Numbered from the stretch's first letter, positions 1 through 12,105 are shown. The stretch: DNA of 32,000 bases from an uncultured Nitrososphaerota archaeon (GCA_964480775.1 CAYZRF010000004.1:1-32000), one strand, 5' to 3'. Notes: generated by a model not told the origin, from the sequence alone. Translations and numbers: made by a program.

Positions 1-1985
<1,985 letters not shown>

Positions 1986-2136
1986 AGGCCAAGGCACTGG
2001 TCTTTAGCATTCAACTATGCAGGGCACGCATTGGGAACATAATTCCCTCGTGCCTCCACCCCAGATTCTTACATCTGGGGCTTCATGATAGAAAGAGCCC
2101 GAAAAATCCTCCTTTGTGCGAAGATAAGGATAAAAT
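1986..2136 (-). other. 16S-23S internal transcribed spacer without a tRNA gene. Contains two hairpins and the 3' arm of the 16S processing helix.
   Basis: No T-arm (GGTTCGAATCC-type) or cloverleaf in either orientation. Hairpins: GGCACG...CGTGCC (2023-2054, with nested GGGAA/TTCCC) and CCCCAGAT-tcttac-ATCTGGGG (2059-2080). Confidence 0.8.
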
Positions 2137-3649
<1,513 letters not shown>

Positions 3650-3840
3650 CTGAGCCGCAAGGCCCTATCTTCTTTGCACGGAGGATTTTTCGGGCTCTTT
3701 CAAGCGTGAGGGTGCCCCCCATAACGGGAGTTTTCCTCACGCCCACATTAAACGTGTTGCCACGATTGGAAGACGGGTTTCATCCAGTCGGGATCTTCCT
3801 TCATCCCGATCGGACCCGCTACCGGGGATCGTGGCAATAG
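3650..3840 (-). other. 16S 5' external transcribed leader: the 5' arm of the processing helix plus two stable hairpins
   Basis: 3680-3701 is the exact reverse complement of 2091-2112. Hairpin GCGTGAGG/CCTCACGC lies at ~3704-3743. An 81-nt nested hairpin spans 3757-3837, with outer stem TTGCCACGAT/ATCGTGGCAA and inner stems CGGGT/ACCCG and TCGGGAT/ATCCCGA. The region is GC-rich relative to neighbouring coding DNA. Confidence 0.7.
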
Positions 3841-3859
3841 CATATAGTGTTATACGGTG

Positions 3860-3867
3860 TATATAAA
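3860..3867 (-). promoter_or_regulatory. TATA box of the rRNA operon promoter
   Basis: The minus strand reads TTTATATA, the canonical archaeal TATA consensus TTTAWATA. It lies ~23-28 nt upstream of the base of the leader hairpin (3837) and immediately downstream of the argF stop codon. Confidence 0.6.
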
Positions 3868-3880
3868 TATTGACGACCTG

Positions 3881-4819
3881 CTAGGGGACTAAAATGGCCT
3901 TAAAAATGGCTTTTGCTGTGTGTAGCCTGTTTTCAGCCTGCTCGAATGCCACCGAATGAGGCCCGTATGCAACTTTTTCTGTGATCTCCTGTCCCAAAAA
4001 CCAAGGCTGGCAGTGCATAACAATAACTTCATCTCCTGCTAAGCTAATAAGGGATTCATTAACCTGATATGGAGGAAATATCTTCATCCTTCTCTCAGCG
4101 TCTGGTACTCCCATGGATACCCATGTGTCAGTGTAAATCACGTTTGCTCCCTTGACTGCTTCCTTTGGATCTTCAGTAACCTCAATTCGACCCCCTGTTC
4201 TGGATGCTATCTCCTTGGCCCTCTCTAAGATCAATGGATCTGGTGAATAAGCAGAGGGACATGAAACGACGTGGTGATGTCCTTGTAGTGCTGATGCCAG
4301 CATCAAGCTGTGGCTTGTATTAGCTCCTCCGTCACCAACGAACACTACCTTTAGCTTTTTGTTTCCGAACCTCTCCTTCATGGTCATAGCATCTGCAAGG
4401 GCCTGTAATGGATGATACTTATCGCTGAGCATGTTAACTACAGGTACATCAGCCCATTTTGCTAGTTCTAGTAGAGTCTCGTGTTTCTTTACTCTAGCAG
4501 CAATCGCATGAACGTATCTGCTTAAGACCATCGCGGTATCCCTGAGGGTTTCTCCTCTGGAGACATGCAGCGCCGTAGTGGTAAGTTCGAGGGGATGCCC
4601 TCCTAGTTCTATTATCGCAACAGAAGTAGAAACTCTAGTTCTCGTAGAAGGCTTTTCGAAGATCAGTGCAACTGTTTTTCCGTTTAGGGGCTTGTCAGAA
4701 AACCTGCTTCTTTTGTAATCTATCGAAAGATCAATCAGATAACTAAATTCTTCAGGGGAATAATCCAACAGACTGAGAAAATTTCTACTCAAAAGAGACC
4801 TTCTCAAACTTCTTGACAT
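3881..4819 (-). CDS. argF: Ornithine carbamoyltransferase
   Basis: 312-aa ORF with carbamoyltransferase signatures: FEKPSTRTRVS (STRTR carbamoyl-phosphate site), HPLQALAD (HPxQ), DTWVSMG (OTCase-specific DxxxSMG) and HCQP (HCLP-type). Confidence 0.85.
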   Translation of the reverse strand: MSRSLRRSLLSRNFLSLLDYSPEEFSYLIDLSIDYKRSRFSDKPLNGKTVALIFEKPSTRTRVSTSVAIIELGGHPLELTTTALHVSRGETLRDTAMVLSRYVHAIAARVKKHETLLELAKWADVPVVNMLSDKYHPLQALADAMTMKERFGNKKLKVVFVGDGGANTSHSLMLASALQGHHHVVSCPSAYSPDPLILERAKEIASRTGGRIEVTEDPKEAVKGANVIYTDTWVSMGVPDAERRMKIFPPYQVNESLISLAGDEVIVMHCQPWFLGQEITEKVAYGPHSVAFEQAENRLHTAKAIFKAILVP

Positions 4820-4847
4820 GAGATATCCCCCTCAAAAATTTTTCAAG

Positions 4848-5291
4848 TCATGAGGAGCTCTTGGCCTTGGTACCTTTTTGAGCCTTCCTCATGGCAAGGT
4901 TTATTCTCTCCTCAATCTGGGCGATTTGTGATTGGATTGATTCTAGAGCTTTCTGACCTTGCTCTATCCTCGAATTCAACTCTTCAATAGCCCTTTCAAG
5001 GGACATTTCGGCGTAAACATTCGAACCGAGTAAAACCAGGACTTTCTCAGGGTTAACGTTGTTGACTATTAGGCTGACAAAGCTTCCAGATGGAACTATC
5101 ATCTTTTCTACTCCTTCTTTCTTATCTCTGAGAGATTTCAGAGAACTTAGCGTTTCCTTACTCCTAACTAAATCATTTATTATCATGTTGAGGCGATTTG
5201 CCTCGTCAATTAGTGCTCTATAGACTGCACTTAGCGTTTCTAGATCATCCGCTCCTCTACCTGAAGACGACAATTCTTTTTCCTCCCACAC
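4848..5291 (-). CDS. pfdA: Prefoldin alpha subunit
   Basis: 147 aa. Coiled-coil N- and C-terminal helices flank a double beta-hairpin core (MIVPSGSFVSLIV...KVLVLLGSNVYAEMSLERAIEEL). It sits in the conserved archaeal aIF6-L31e-L39e neighbourhood. Confidence 0.8.
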   Translation of the reverse strand: MWEEKELSSSGRGADDLETLSAVYRALIDEANRLNMIINDLVRSKETLSSLKSLRDKKEGVEKMIVPSGSFVSLIVNNVNPEKVLVLLGSNVYAEMSLERAIEELNSRIEQGQKALESIQSQIAQIEERINLAMRKAQKGTKAKSSS

Positions 5292-5326
5292 TTACTATGA
5301 TTCCATAAAATAAGTTAAGTTATACC

Positions 5327-6010
5327 TCACTCAAAACCAAAGGCTTCAATTATAGTCTCAACTTCCCAAGGAGTTGTAAGCTCTCCTACTAAAGCTCCTC
5401 TATCATTTGCAACTACACCAAGTTTTAGATACCTTACTCCTCTATTAACTGTTCCTTTGAGGAAATCAACCTCGAACAAGCCCCTTAGCATTTTGATCTC
5501 CTCGTCTGATGTTTGGGGAGGGACTAAACCTCCTTTATTCGTTACAACTGCTATAGAACCAGGTACGGGATAGCCTGCTAGAGTTCCTCTCACAACCTTA
5601 ACGTCTAACATCTCTTTGATCTTCTCTGCCTCCCTATCATTTAACCAAGGACTGATCAGTGCCCCATAGTCGTTTGTAAGCACGACATTTCCGAAAGCAT
5701 TTATCGCGAAATCCAAGAGATATACAGGGATTTCAAGGGATTCTTTGAAAAACTCGTATTCCTCGAGGGTTATGATGTAAGGCATTAGAATTCCGTTTCT
5801 ATTCCCTGAGAGAAATATTCCCAGCAAGTTGCTTTGATATATCAGGGTTTCGATGGGATTCGTTCCAAAACACTCAATTACTTTTTCTTTAAAGGAAGTA
5901 GATGAATGTTTCGGGATAAAAACCAGGTCTCCTATTGTTTTTATGAAAACCCCTATGTTTTCATTCCCTTGGAACCTGGTCTTCAATATAGGCAAGCAGA
6001 ACACCGTCAC
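5327..6010 (-). CDS. eif6: Translation initiation factor 6 (aIF6)
   Basis: 227 aa with pentameric pseudo-repeat character (GNENIGVF..., SNLLGIF..., NAFGNVV..., GSIAVVTNKG..., GVVANDRG...). It overlaps the stop of L31e by 4 nt, as in the conserved cluster. Confidence 0.85.
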   Translation of the reverse strand: MTVFCLPILKTRFQGNENIGVFIKTIGDLVFIPKHSSTSFKEKVIECFGTNPIETLIYQSNLLGIFLSGNRNGILMPYIITLEEYEFFKESLEIPVYLLDFAINAFGNVVLTNDYGALISPWLNDREAEKIKEMLDVKVVRGTLAGYPVPGSIAVVTNKGGLVPPQTSDEEIKMLRGLFEVDFLKGTVNRGVRYLKLGVVANDRGALVGELTTPWEVETIIEAFGFE

Positions 6011-6282
6011 TCGTGTGCTGGTAAGATCTTGACCAAATCTTCTTCTTCATCGTATTCTACCCTAACTTTTATCGTTCTAGGGGGTTTTTCTATACCCCTG
6101 CTCCAGATAATTGCATTGAGCTCAGGGTGCAGAATTATTTTGGTGGCATCGCCAAGCTTCATCTGTCTCTTGACGCCTTCTCTTATTATTTTTGCAACTC
6201 TAGCTGCTCTTTTTTTCTTTGGATACTTTTCTCTGACGATTGTTCCTATTCTAAACACAAACTCCCTCACAATCTTTGCCAT
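6007..6282 (-). CDS. rpl31e: 50S ribosomal protein L31e
   Basis: 91 aa, basic. Matches L31e in KKKRAARVAKIIREGVKR...ELNAIIWSRGIEKPPRTIKVRV. Confidence 0.9.
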   Translation of the reverse strand: MAKIVREFVFRIGTIVREKYPKKKRAARVAKIIREGVKRQMKLGDATKIILHPELNAIIWSRGIEKPPRTIKVRVEYDEEEDLVKILPAHE

Positions 6283-6294
6283 GTTAGCGCACCT

Positions 6295-6447
6295 CTAGAG
6301 CTGTAGCCTACTTCTACGCCAATTTCTGACGGGACCTGGTCTAACCCTCCTGCCAGTCTTGAGGAAAACCCACAGAGGCATCCTTTTGTTCTCATTCATT
6401 GCTCTAGCATACCTCAGCTTGCTACCCAAGGGCCTGTTCCTAGCCAT
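6295..6447 (-). CDS. rpl39e: 50S ribosomal protein L39e (below the ORF-track length cutoff)
   Basis: My translation of the minus strand gives MARNRPLGSKLRYARAMNENKRMPLWVFLKTGRRVRPGPVRNWRRSRLQL (50 aa). This is the typical L39e sequence, in the expected position between L31e and the PDCD5-like gene. Confidence 0.88.
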   Translation of the reverse strand: MARNRPLGSKLRYARAMNENKRMPLWVFLKTGRRVRPGPVRNWRRSRLQL

Positions 6448-6457
6448 ACAACATCCC

Positions 6458-6742
6458 TCACACAACCCTTATAGTGAAATCTCTCTTGTCTCCTTGGCTG
6501 AGCCTTGCAAGTAGCGTCTTTAATTCTAAGTCCGATAGCCTCCTATTAAGTTTTCCTGCGGAGTAAAGTTGTAACAAGTATATCTTGGCATTTCTGGCCA
6601 ATGCTGGTTTTACAAGCTCGACCCTCCTTAACCTTGCCCAAGCTTCAGACGTCATAAGTTGTCTGACTATCATGTTGAGTTCCTGTTCTTTCTTCTGTCT
6701 TTCAGCTTCATCGCTATCAGGAGCACCAGGTGCATATGTCAT
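6458..6742 (-). CDS. DNA-binding protein of the PDCD5/MTH1615 family (COG2118)
   Basis: 94 aa. The pattern [10 protein letters not shown]...[31 protein letters not shown]...G is typical of archaeal PDCD5 homologues. Conserved position between S19e and L39e. Confidence 0.75.
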   Translation of the reverse strand: MTYAPGAPDSDEAERQKKEQELNMIVRQLMTSEAWARLRRVELVKPALARNAKIYLLQLYSAGKLNRRLSDLELKTLLARLSQGDKRDFTIRVV

Positions 6743-7197
6743 ATGATCTCTATCACCCCCGGCTCCTTCCCGATCCCAGCTAAGATCTCTGTTGCTAATT
6801 TGTCCAATAAAGATTGCCCCTTAGGAGTTATCTTCCTTCCTTTCCTCTCTACCTTCTCGACAAGACCTGCCTCTTCCAGTTGTTGCATGATTTTCCTGAT
6901 GACATGACCGCTTGCCTTCCTGAAGTGCTCAGGCTTAACTCCTCTGTCCTTCCTTCCCCCATACTTAGTTCTCAGCTTTTCAACTCCAACTGGGCCTCTA
7001 AGATAAACTGCTCGTAGAACAGAAGCAGCCCTTACGTACCACCAATCTTCCTGCTGTGGTGGTCTCTCACGATGGCTTCCAGTTTTAACATACTTAGCCC
7101 ATTCTGGAGGCTGGATCTCTGGTATATCCTTGAGTTTCTCCTTCAATCTTTCTATTAGCAAATCTGGAGAAACATCTCTAGCAGTTGGCAACAGCAC
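6739..7197 (-). CDS. rps19e: 30S ribosomal protein S19e
   Basis: 152 aa. Contains [61 protein letters not shown], which is diagnostic of S19e. Confidence 0.92.
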   Translation of the reverse strand: MLLPTARDVSPDLLIERLKEKLKDIPEIQPPEWAKYVKTGSHRERPPQQEDWWYVRAASVLRAVYLRGPVGVEKLRTKYGGRKDRGVKPEHFRKASGHVIRKIMQQLEEAGLVEKVERKGRKITPKGQSLLDKLATEILAGIGKEPGVIEII

Positions 7198-7263
7198 ACC
7201 CCCTAATTGAACGCGTCATAGGCTTAACTTACCCTTATCACATTCGTCTAAAAGCATGATATG

Positions 7264-7632
7264 TTAGCGTTTTAAACCTTCACGTAACTTCCTCTTCTCC
7301 CGGAGGTAAGGTCTTCTATTTATACTTCCACACTTAAGGCACTTTATCGTTAGATGAGGATATTTCTCCGATCTAGTCCTTATAATCGCAGTAATTCCAG
7401 GAAATAACAGCGTCTTACAGGACCTGCAATACCTCCACTTCCATTCTGAAGGAATTGGTACCCTGCACCTTATTGATATCTTTCTGGCCAGCTCCCCATA
7501 CCTTTCTGCAAGCAAAACATCTCCTCTTGCAGTTTTATCCGCTAGTCTAAGCAGTATCGCTATTCTCTCTCTTGCTATCCTTTTTGCTCTCAGCTTTCTC
7601 TCCTTTAATTTCTTTTTTCTCAAGTAGACCAC
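7264..7632 (-). CDS. rnp4: RNase P protein component 4 (Rpp21/Rpr2)
   Basis: 122 aa, basic. An N-terminal helical region (RIAILLRLADK...) is followed by a CxxC...CxxC zinc ribbon (CRSCKTLL...KCLKCGS). Confidence 0.8.
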   Translation of the reverse strand: MVYLRKKKLKERKLRAKRIARERIAILLRLADKTARGDVLLAERYGELARKISIRCRVPIPSEWKWRYCRSCKTLLFPGITAIIRTRSEKYPHLTIKCLKCGSINRRPYLREKRKLREGLKR

Positions 7633-8300
7633 CTTAGAGCATAGAATAGGTAGGAAAACAGCATACAGACCGCTGTTGAGGCAGGAATCGTCCCCTTACA
7701 TAAGCTGAATTCTTCTTCAATTAACCCTCTCACTTCGTTCGAAAAATTCCCATGAGGAAAGCCCCCAACGACAACAACAGAATCTTCCTTTATGATTTTT
7801 TTAGCCATTCTTATTGGATCTACCAGCTTTCCCTCTTCACTCAGCGCTATTTTGAGTTTAGGGGATAGAGTTTCGATTAGTGATGCGAGATCAAGTTTCA
7901 ACTCTTTTATCAAAGGTCTATACTTGGGTCCAACTTTTCCTCTTGAAAGGAGTTGTTCCATTAGGCCTAAGAACCTAAAGTAATTTCTGGGAAGCCTTGT
8001 AGCTATATCCACCTCGAATATTCTGCCTTCGTAAGTGTGAAGGTAAACGTTCATTGAAAGGTACGACTTTAGAGGAGAATCCAATATTGCAAGTAGAACT
8101 CTATGCACCACATCAGGCCTCCCCCTCTTCTCCTGATCAGAAAGAGTGCTCTTTCTCAAGGGAAGTAGGTACGAGATGTCAAAAATCATTTTTTCTGGTT
8201 TTTTGCCTTTAGTCCTAGCCATCGATCTAATCGGAGGCAAAGAAGCCACTTCTTTAGGGATCAATTCAAGAGATGCGTCTGCTATGATTATAGAAAGCAC
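7620..8300 (-). CDS. nep1: rRNA small-subunit pseudouridine N1-methyltransferase Nep1/Emg1 (SPOUT fold)
   Basis: 226 aa. Contains IIIADASLELIP...RGRPDVVHRVLLAILDSPL...VVVGGFPHG, typical Nep1 motifs. Confidence 0.82.
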   Translation of the reverse strand: MLSIIIADASLELIPKEVASLPPIRSMARTKGKKPEKMIFDISYLLPLRKSTLSDQEKRGRPDVVHRVLLAILDSPLKSYLSMNVYLHTYEGRIFEVDIATRLPRNYFRFLGLMEQLLSRGKVGPKYRPLIKELKLDLASLIETLSPKLKIALSEEGKLVDPIRMAKKIIKEDSVVVVGGFPHGNFSNEVRGLIEEEFSLCKGTIPASTAVCMLFSYLFYALRWST

Positions 8301-8346
8301 GAGGTAAAAAAGGCTTAATCATATTAAAGCCGTTACAAGACGACAG

Positions 8347-8354
8347 TTTTTTAA
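8347..8354 (+). promoter_or_regulatory. TATA-like box upstream of tRNA-Gly
   Basis: TTTTTTAA lies at -35 to -28 relative to the mature 5' end. The same GTTTTTTAA box is seen upstream of tRNA-Ala. Confidence 0.45.
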
Positions 8355-8381
8355 GCGATTTTGAGGACTCCTTAGAGCAGA

Positions 8382-8480
8382 GCGGCCGTAGTCTAGCCTG
8401 GCAGGATGGGGGCCTGCCACGCCCCAGTGAGGCATACAGCCCTCGGGGAAACCCGGGTTCGAATCCCGGCGGCCGCACCA
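8382..8480 (+). tRNA. tRNA-Gly(GCC) with a ~22-nt insertion between anticodon stem and T stem; CCA is encoded
   Basis: Cloverleaf: GCGGCCG/CGGCCGC acceptor, GTCT..GGAT D stem, GGGGC-CTGCCAC-GCCCC anticodon arm (GCC at 8416-8418), CCGGG-TTCGAAT-CCCGG T arm, discriminator A, then CCA. There are 27 nt (8426-8452) where a 4-5-nt variable loop is expected. Confidence 0.8.
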
Positions 8481-8510
8481 CTTATATCTAAGTTATGTTA
8501 AGCCATATAT

Positions 8511-8582
8511 GGCCGCGGTGGCGTAGCGGTAGCGTGGGGGCCTGTGGAGCCCCTGGCCCGGGTTCGAATCCCGGCCGCGGCC
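8511..8582 (+). tRNA. tRNA-His(GTG) with genomically encoded G-1
   Basis: G(-1) precedes GCCGCGG/CCGCGGC acceptor, with discriminator C opposite G-1. Anticodon arm is GGGGC-CTGTGGA-GCCCC and T arm is CCGGG-TTCGAAT-CCCGG. No CCA is encoded. Confidence 0.9.
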
Positions 8583-8592
8583 CTTTTTTATT
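8583..8592 (+). terminator. Oligo-T tract after the tRNA-Gly/tRNA-His pair
   Basis: CTTTTTTATT follows directly after tRNA-His. Archaeal RNA polymerase terminates at oligo-T runs. Confidence 0.4.
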
Positions 8593-8708
8593 TAAACTGA
8601 TTTAACTCTCCTATCTTTAAAAATAAAACGTGAAACAGTTATGTTTGTAGTTTTATCTATTACACATTTATTTTCTTTGCTAATAAGAAATGCAAGGTCT
8701 TTGCGTTG

Positions 8709-9980
8709 ATGGAGATGCCTGCTGACCTAGAGGAAGCTTTGTCAACCCTTAGGAAAGGAAAAGCTGACATAGAAACCAGACTTAAGGAGATTGCTCGTAT
8801 CGGGAAGGATCCTAAGGGTGGAATAACTAGGTTAGCTTACTCGTTAGAGGAGAATGAAGTATTTGAATACGTTAAAGAAGTTGGACTAAGCTACGGTTTA
8901 GTCGCAAAGGAAGATCCTCTAGGAAACCTCTATCTTGAACTACCAGGCGAAACTGATGAGTCTATTATCCTTGGATCCCACCTAGATACCGTTCCTCGTG
9001 GGGGTATGTTCGACGGAACGGTGGGAGTTGTTTGTTCTTTAGAGATAGCAAAGGCCCTTTTACAGGTGAGGCTAAAGCAAAAACTTGTCGTAGCCGCTTT
9101 TAGAGCTGAAGAATCTGCTAGATTCAAGATTTCTCTTATAGGAAGTAGTATAGCAACGGGTCAGCTTGATCCAAGCATGCTTGAGGCCAAAGATTCAAAA
9201 GGGATTAGATTAAGGGAGGCTATTAAGTCATGCGGCTTTCATCCAGATCGCCTTAAAGATGCCAAGCTCTGTCTTGATAGAGTTAAAGCTTACTTAGAGT
9301 ATCACATAGAGCAAGGACCTGTTCTTGAAGCTTACAAGTGTCCCGTTGGGGTTGTTACGGCTATTGCTGGGCCGATTAGATATGAACTTATCTTAAAAGG
9401 AGAATGGGCTCATTCTGGAACAACTCCTATGGATATGAGAAAAGATGCCCTTGTTACAGCCGCAGAGATTGTTTTATCGGTGAAGGATATTTGTACAGGG
9501 AGAAGCAGCGTTGTTGGAACAGTTGGTGATCTCAAAGTTCCAGGTGGTTCGATTAACAAAGTTCCTGGTGAGACTGTACTTTACTTGGAGGTTCGAAGTG
9601 TAGAAGAAGACGAGAGAAGGGAGGTTGTTCAAAAGATCTTGAAAATAGCAGAAGAGATGGCAAAAAGAAATGGAGTACATCTAAACATTAGAAAGATTCA
9701 AGAGAGGCCTGCTATAAAGCTCCATAGTGAAATGATAAAAGTTTTGGAATTTGCTTGTGATTCTATAGGCATTGAATATTTGTTAATGCCAAGCGGAGCG
9801 AGTCATGACGCTGTGAACTTTCGTAAAGTGGGCATTCCGACGGGAATGTTGTTTTGTCAAAGTAAAAAGGGGATTAGCCATTCTCCAGATGAGTTCAGCG
9901 AGTTAGACCATATAATGGCTGGGGCAGAAGCTCTCCTTGTAGCAACGTACGCGTTGTCCAGAGGACAACGATATATTTGA
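8709..9980 (+). CDS. M20-family Zn amidohydrolase of the N-carbamoyl-L-amino-acid hydrolase / allantoate amidohydrolase type
   Basis: ~423 aa. Contains GGITRLAYS, GSHLDTVPRGGMFDGTVGV and SGASHDA motifs typical of AmaB/AllC-type carbamoylases. ATG at 8709; the ORF track opens at TTG 8706. Confidence 0.75.
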   Translation: MEMPADLEEALSTLRKGKADIETRLKEIARIGKDPKGGITRLAYSLEENEVFEYVKEVGLSYGLVAKEDPLGNLYLELPGETDESIILGSHLDTVPRGGMFDGTVGVVCSLEIAKALLQVRLKQKLVVAAFRAEESARFKISLIGSSIATGQLDPSMLEAKDSKGIRLREAIKSCGFHPDRLKDAKLCLDRVKAYLEYHIEQGPVLEAYKCPVGVVTAIAGPIRYELILKGEWAHSGTTPMDMRKDALVTAAEIVLSVKDICTGRSSVVGTVGDLKVPGGSINKVPGETVLYLEVRSVEEDERREVVQKILKIAEEMAKRNGVHLNIRKIQERPAIKLHSEMIKVLEFACDSIGIEYLLMPSGASHDAVNFRKVGIPTGMLFCQSKKGISHSPDEFSELDHIMAGAEALLVATYALSRGQRYI

Positions 9981-10029
9981 CAAACAAAATTAGGTGGTTT
10001 TCTAAAAAGGGAAAATTATGATTACGGAG

Positions 10030-10101
10030 TGGACCCGGCGGGATTCGAACCCGCGACCTCTGGCTTGCAAAGCCAGCGCTCTACCACTGAGCTACGGGCC
10101 C
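10030..10101 (-). tRNA. tRNA-Ala(TGC)
   Basis: Reverse complement: GGGCCCG TA GCTC AGTGGTA GAGC G CTGGC TTTGCAA GCCAG AGGTC GCGGG TTCGAAT CCCGC CGGGTCC A. The G3:U70 alanine identity pair is present. No CCA is encoded. Confidence 0.93.
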
Positions 10102-10123
10102 TTTCCTATATGCAAAAGGCTCG

Positions 10124-10131
10124 TTAAAAAA
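10124..10131 (-). promoter_or_regulatory. TATA-like box upstream of tRNA-Ala
   Basis: The minus strand reads GGTTTTTTAACG, with TTTTTTAA at -31 to -24 relative to the tRNA 5' end. Confidence 0.5.
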
Positions 10132-10233
10132 CCTTGCTTTATTGAGTGATATAATACAAGTGCGTCAAGTGGAAAGTATGTATTTTAAATACTCAATGAG
10201 AGCGTATCCTGTGCTACGGGAGGGTAGGGTATC

Positions 10234-11397
10234 TTGAAATCGTTAGCTAATAACGCCATCGAAGGCCTCCGGGGAGAAACTAAGGGTCCAAGAAAGGTAG
10301 TACCTGATGATAAACTTCTTTTGGAATTTGCTGAGCATGTAAGACCGAAGATTGTCATAATTGGTGTTGGTGGCGCTGGATGTAACACAATTACCAGGTT
10401 AAATGGGATTGGTATACAAGGAGTGGAGACTGTGGCCACCAATACCGATGTTCAACATCTTCTTAGGTCAGTAGCATCCAGGAAAGTATTACTTGGGAAG
10501 GAACTCTGTGGTGGATATGGTGCTGGAGCTGATTATAGAATTGGAGAAGAGGCAGCAAAGGAGAGTGCCGATGAGATAAGAGAAATTGTGGAGAAAGCCG
10601 ATATTGTCTTTGTTACAGCAGGTCTTGGTGGTGGTACGGGAACGGGCGGCGCTCCTGTCATAGCTGAGGTTGCTAAGGAGATGGGAGCTGTCGTCGTCGG
10701 AATTGTAACGCTTCCATTTGAGGCTGAAGGTGATAGAAGGAGATCTGTTGCTCAATGGGGACTAGAGCGCCTATCTAAAAACGTTGACACCTTAGTTGTG
10801 ATAAGGAATGATAGGATCCTAGAGGTAACTGGAGAGCTTCCGATGCATCAAGCATTCTTAGTAGCTGACGAGCTGATGGCTAGGGCAATCAAGGCTATTT
10901 CAGATGTCGCTCAAAAACCAGCCCTAATAAACGTCGACCTTGCAGACCTAAGGACAATACTGGAAAACGGTGGTTTAGCTTTAATGGGAGTAGGAGAGAG
11001 CGATTCCGAAAACAGAGCAATGAAGGCTCTACAAGAGGCTTTAGAAAATCCGTTGTTCGAGGGAGATATATCTGGGGCAACTGGCGCCATAGTCCACATA
11101 TCCTGCGGTTCTGACTTCTCACTAGATGAAATGGGAGAGGTTCTGGAGGCGGTTGCAGGAATCCTGTCCCCAGAAGCAAACCTAATTTGGGGAGTTGGTC
11201 TGGAGGAGTCCTTGAAGTCTGCAGTGAGGGTGCTAGTGATAATAGTCGGAGTGAAATCTCCCATATTCGAGAAGATTTCTAAGGCGAAGGAACTGAAGGC
11301 AATTGCTCCGACCGAGCTTATAAGAGGATCTCGCAAAACTTCAGAAGAAGAAAAAATTAAGGAGTTAACGGATCAATTGGAAATAGAGCGCATATAA
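10234..11397 (+). CDS. ftsZ: Cell division GTPase FtsZ
   Basis: 387 aa. Has [13 protein letters not shown] and the tubulin signature [19 protein letters not shown] start, preceded by GGGAGG. Lies directly upstream of secE-nusG-L11, a known conserved archaeal arrangement. Confidence 0.93.
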   Translation: MKSLANNAIEGLRGETKGPRKVVPDDKLLLEFAEHVRPKIVIIGVGGAGCNTITRLNGIGIQGVETVATNTDVQHLLRSVASRKVLLGKELCGGYGAGADYRIGEEAAKESADEIREIVEKADIVFVTAGLGGGTGTGGAPVIAEVAKEMGAVVVGIVTLPFEAEGDRRRSVAQWGLERLSKNVDTLVVIRNDRILEVTGELPMHQAFLVADELMARAIKAISDVAQKPALINVDLADLRTILENGGLALMGVGESDSENRAMKALQEALENPLFEGDISGATGAIVHISCGSDFSLDEMGEVLEAVAGILSPEANLIWGVGLEESLKSAVRVLVIIVGVKSPIFEKISKAKELKAIAPTELIRGSRKTSEEEKIKELTDQLEIERI

Positions 11398-11408
11398 GGT
11401 GACTTAAG

Positions 11409-11582
11409 TTGTCAAGCAAGCGATCACTAAGGGAAAAAATAGAAAAGACCCTTAGAGTTGCAGAGAAGCCAGATTGGAACGAGATAAAGACAATGTTGAA
11501 GATAACATTGTTAGGCTTCGGTCTTGTTGGGGCAATAGGTTTTATAATCCAGTACATCTGGACCTTCGTAAGACTCCAGTAA
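11409..11582 (+). CDS. secE: Preprotein translocase subunit SecE/Sec61-gamma (below the ORF-track cutoff)
   Basis: My translation from TTG 11409 gives MSSKRSLREKIEKTLRVAEKPDWNEIKTMLKITLLGFGLVGAIGFIIQYIWTFVRLQ (57 aa). It has a single C-terminal TM helix and sits in the canonical position before spt5/nusG. Confidence 0.8.
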   Translation: MSSKRSLREKIEKTLRVAEKPDWNEIKTMLKITLLGFGLVGAIGFIIQYIWTFVRLQ

Positions 11583-11609
11583 GGATTAAGGTATCAGAGG
11601 CTGAGACCC

Positions 11610-12095
11610 ATGGAACAGTCATCACAAAAGAACGTAATATTCTTTGTAATAAGAGCTATAGCAGGGCAAGAGGCTAAAGTCGCTTGGCTTTTATACAAGA
11701 GGGCAGAATCTCGGGGCATTAGGGTTAAATCCATATTAGCTCTCCCATCCCTGAGAGGATACCTTTTCGTTGAAGCTGATAGAGAGTACGACGTGAGAAG
11801 GCTTGTTAGGGGTCTTCAAAAGGCAAAAATGATGCGAACTAATCCTGTTACCATCGATGAGATAGATTCTATGATCTCTAAAGAACCTACGAAGATAGAA
11901 GTTAAACCAGGAGATGTAGTTAAGATAATAAAGGGTAACTTCAAAGGCTTCAGAGCCAGAGTCATTTCAGCACCTGAGCCTGGCATAGAATCCAAGGAAA
12001 AAAGGTTCATAATAGCTACTCTCCTAGACGTCGGAAAGGATTGGGAGATAAGAATACCCCTAGAAAATGTGAAAATCCTCAGAGAAGAGGACTAG
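11610..12095 (+). CDS. spt5: Transcription elongation factor Spt5 (archaeal NusG)
   Basis: 161 aa. An NGN domain (IFFVIRAIAGQEAKVA...GYLFVEA) is followed by a KOW motif (KPGDVVKIIKGNFKGFRARVI). Confidence 0.9.
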   Translation: MEQSSQKNVIFFVIRAIAGQEAKVAWLLYKRAESRGIRVKSILALPSLRGYLFVEADREYDVRRLVRGLQKAKMMRTNPVTIDEIDSMISKEPTKIEVKPGDVVKIIKGNFKGFRARVISAPEPGIESKEKRFIIATLLDVGKDWEIRIPLENVKILREED

Positions 12096-12105
12096 GTGAT
12101 TGTTT

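Noticed and set aside
1986-2136. Looked for a spacer tRNA (tRNA-Ala) between 16S and 23S
   Set aside because: No T-loop, acceptor pairing or anticodon arm can be drawn on either strand. Only simple hairpins and the processing-helix arm are present.
5906-6298. 130-aa plus-strand ORF, and similar antisense ORFs (6659-6907, 10911-11336, 13604-13939, 14558-15625, 16446-17309, 25026-26030, 27304-27666, 29070-29531)
   Set aside because: All are fully embedded antisense to strongly recognisable conserved genes. They have low-complexity Ser/Leu/Pro-rich sequences and no motifs, as expected for shadow ORFs.
8266-8481. 71-aa minus-strand ORF
   Set aside because: It is the antisense reading of tRNA-Gly and its upstream region. 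Its GC-rich Pro/Arg/Gly composition comes from the tRNA sequence.
8407-8574. tRNA-Gly and tRNA-His share an identical anticodon stem (GGGGC/GCCCC) and T arm (CCGGG-TTCGAAT-CCCGG); possible recent duplication
   Set aside because: Acceptor and D arms differ completely. All-GC stems of this kind converge in hyperthermophile tRNAs. I used the similarity only to delimit the tRNA-Gly insertion.
8382-10101. A single amidohydrolase gene bracketed by tRNA-Gly/His and tRNA-Ala; possible tRNA-targeted genomic islet
   Set aside because: There is no integrase and no duplicated tRNA 3' fragment or direct repeat at the far side. I could see no compositional or codon difference from neighbouring genes.
10141-10196. 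7-bp inverted repeat ATTGAGT ... ACTCAAT upstream of ftsZ; possible operator
   Set aside because: It is short, AT-rich and about 40 nt apart in an AT-rich promoter region, so it is easily expected by chance. No second copy occurs elsewhere in the window.
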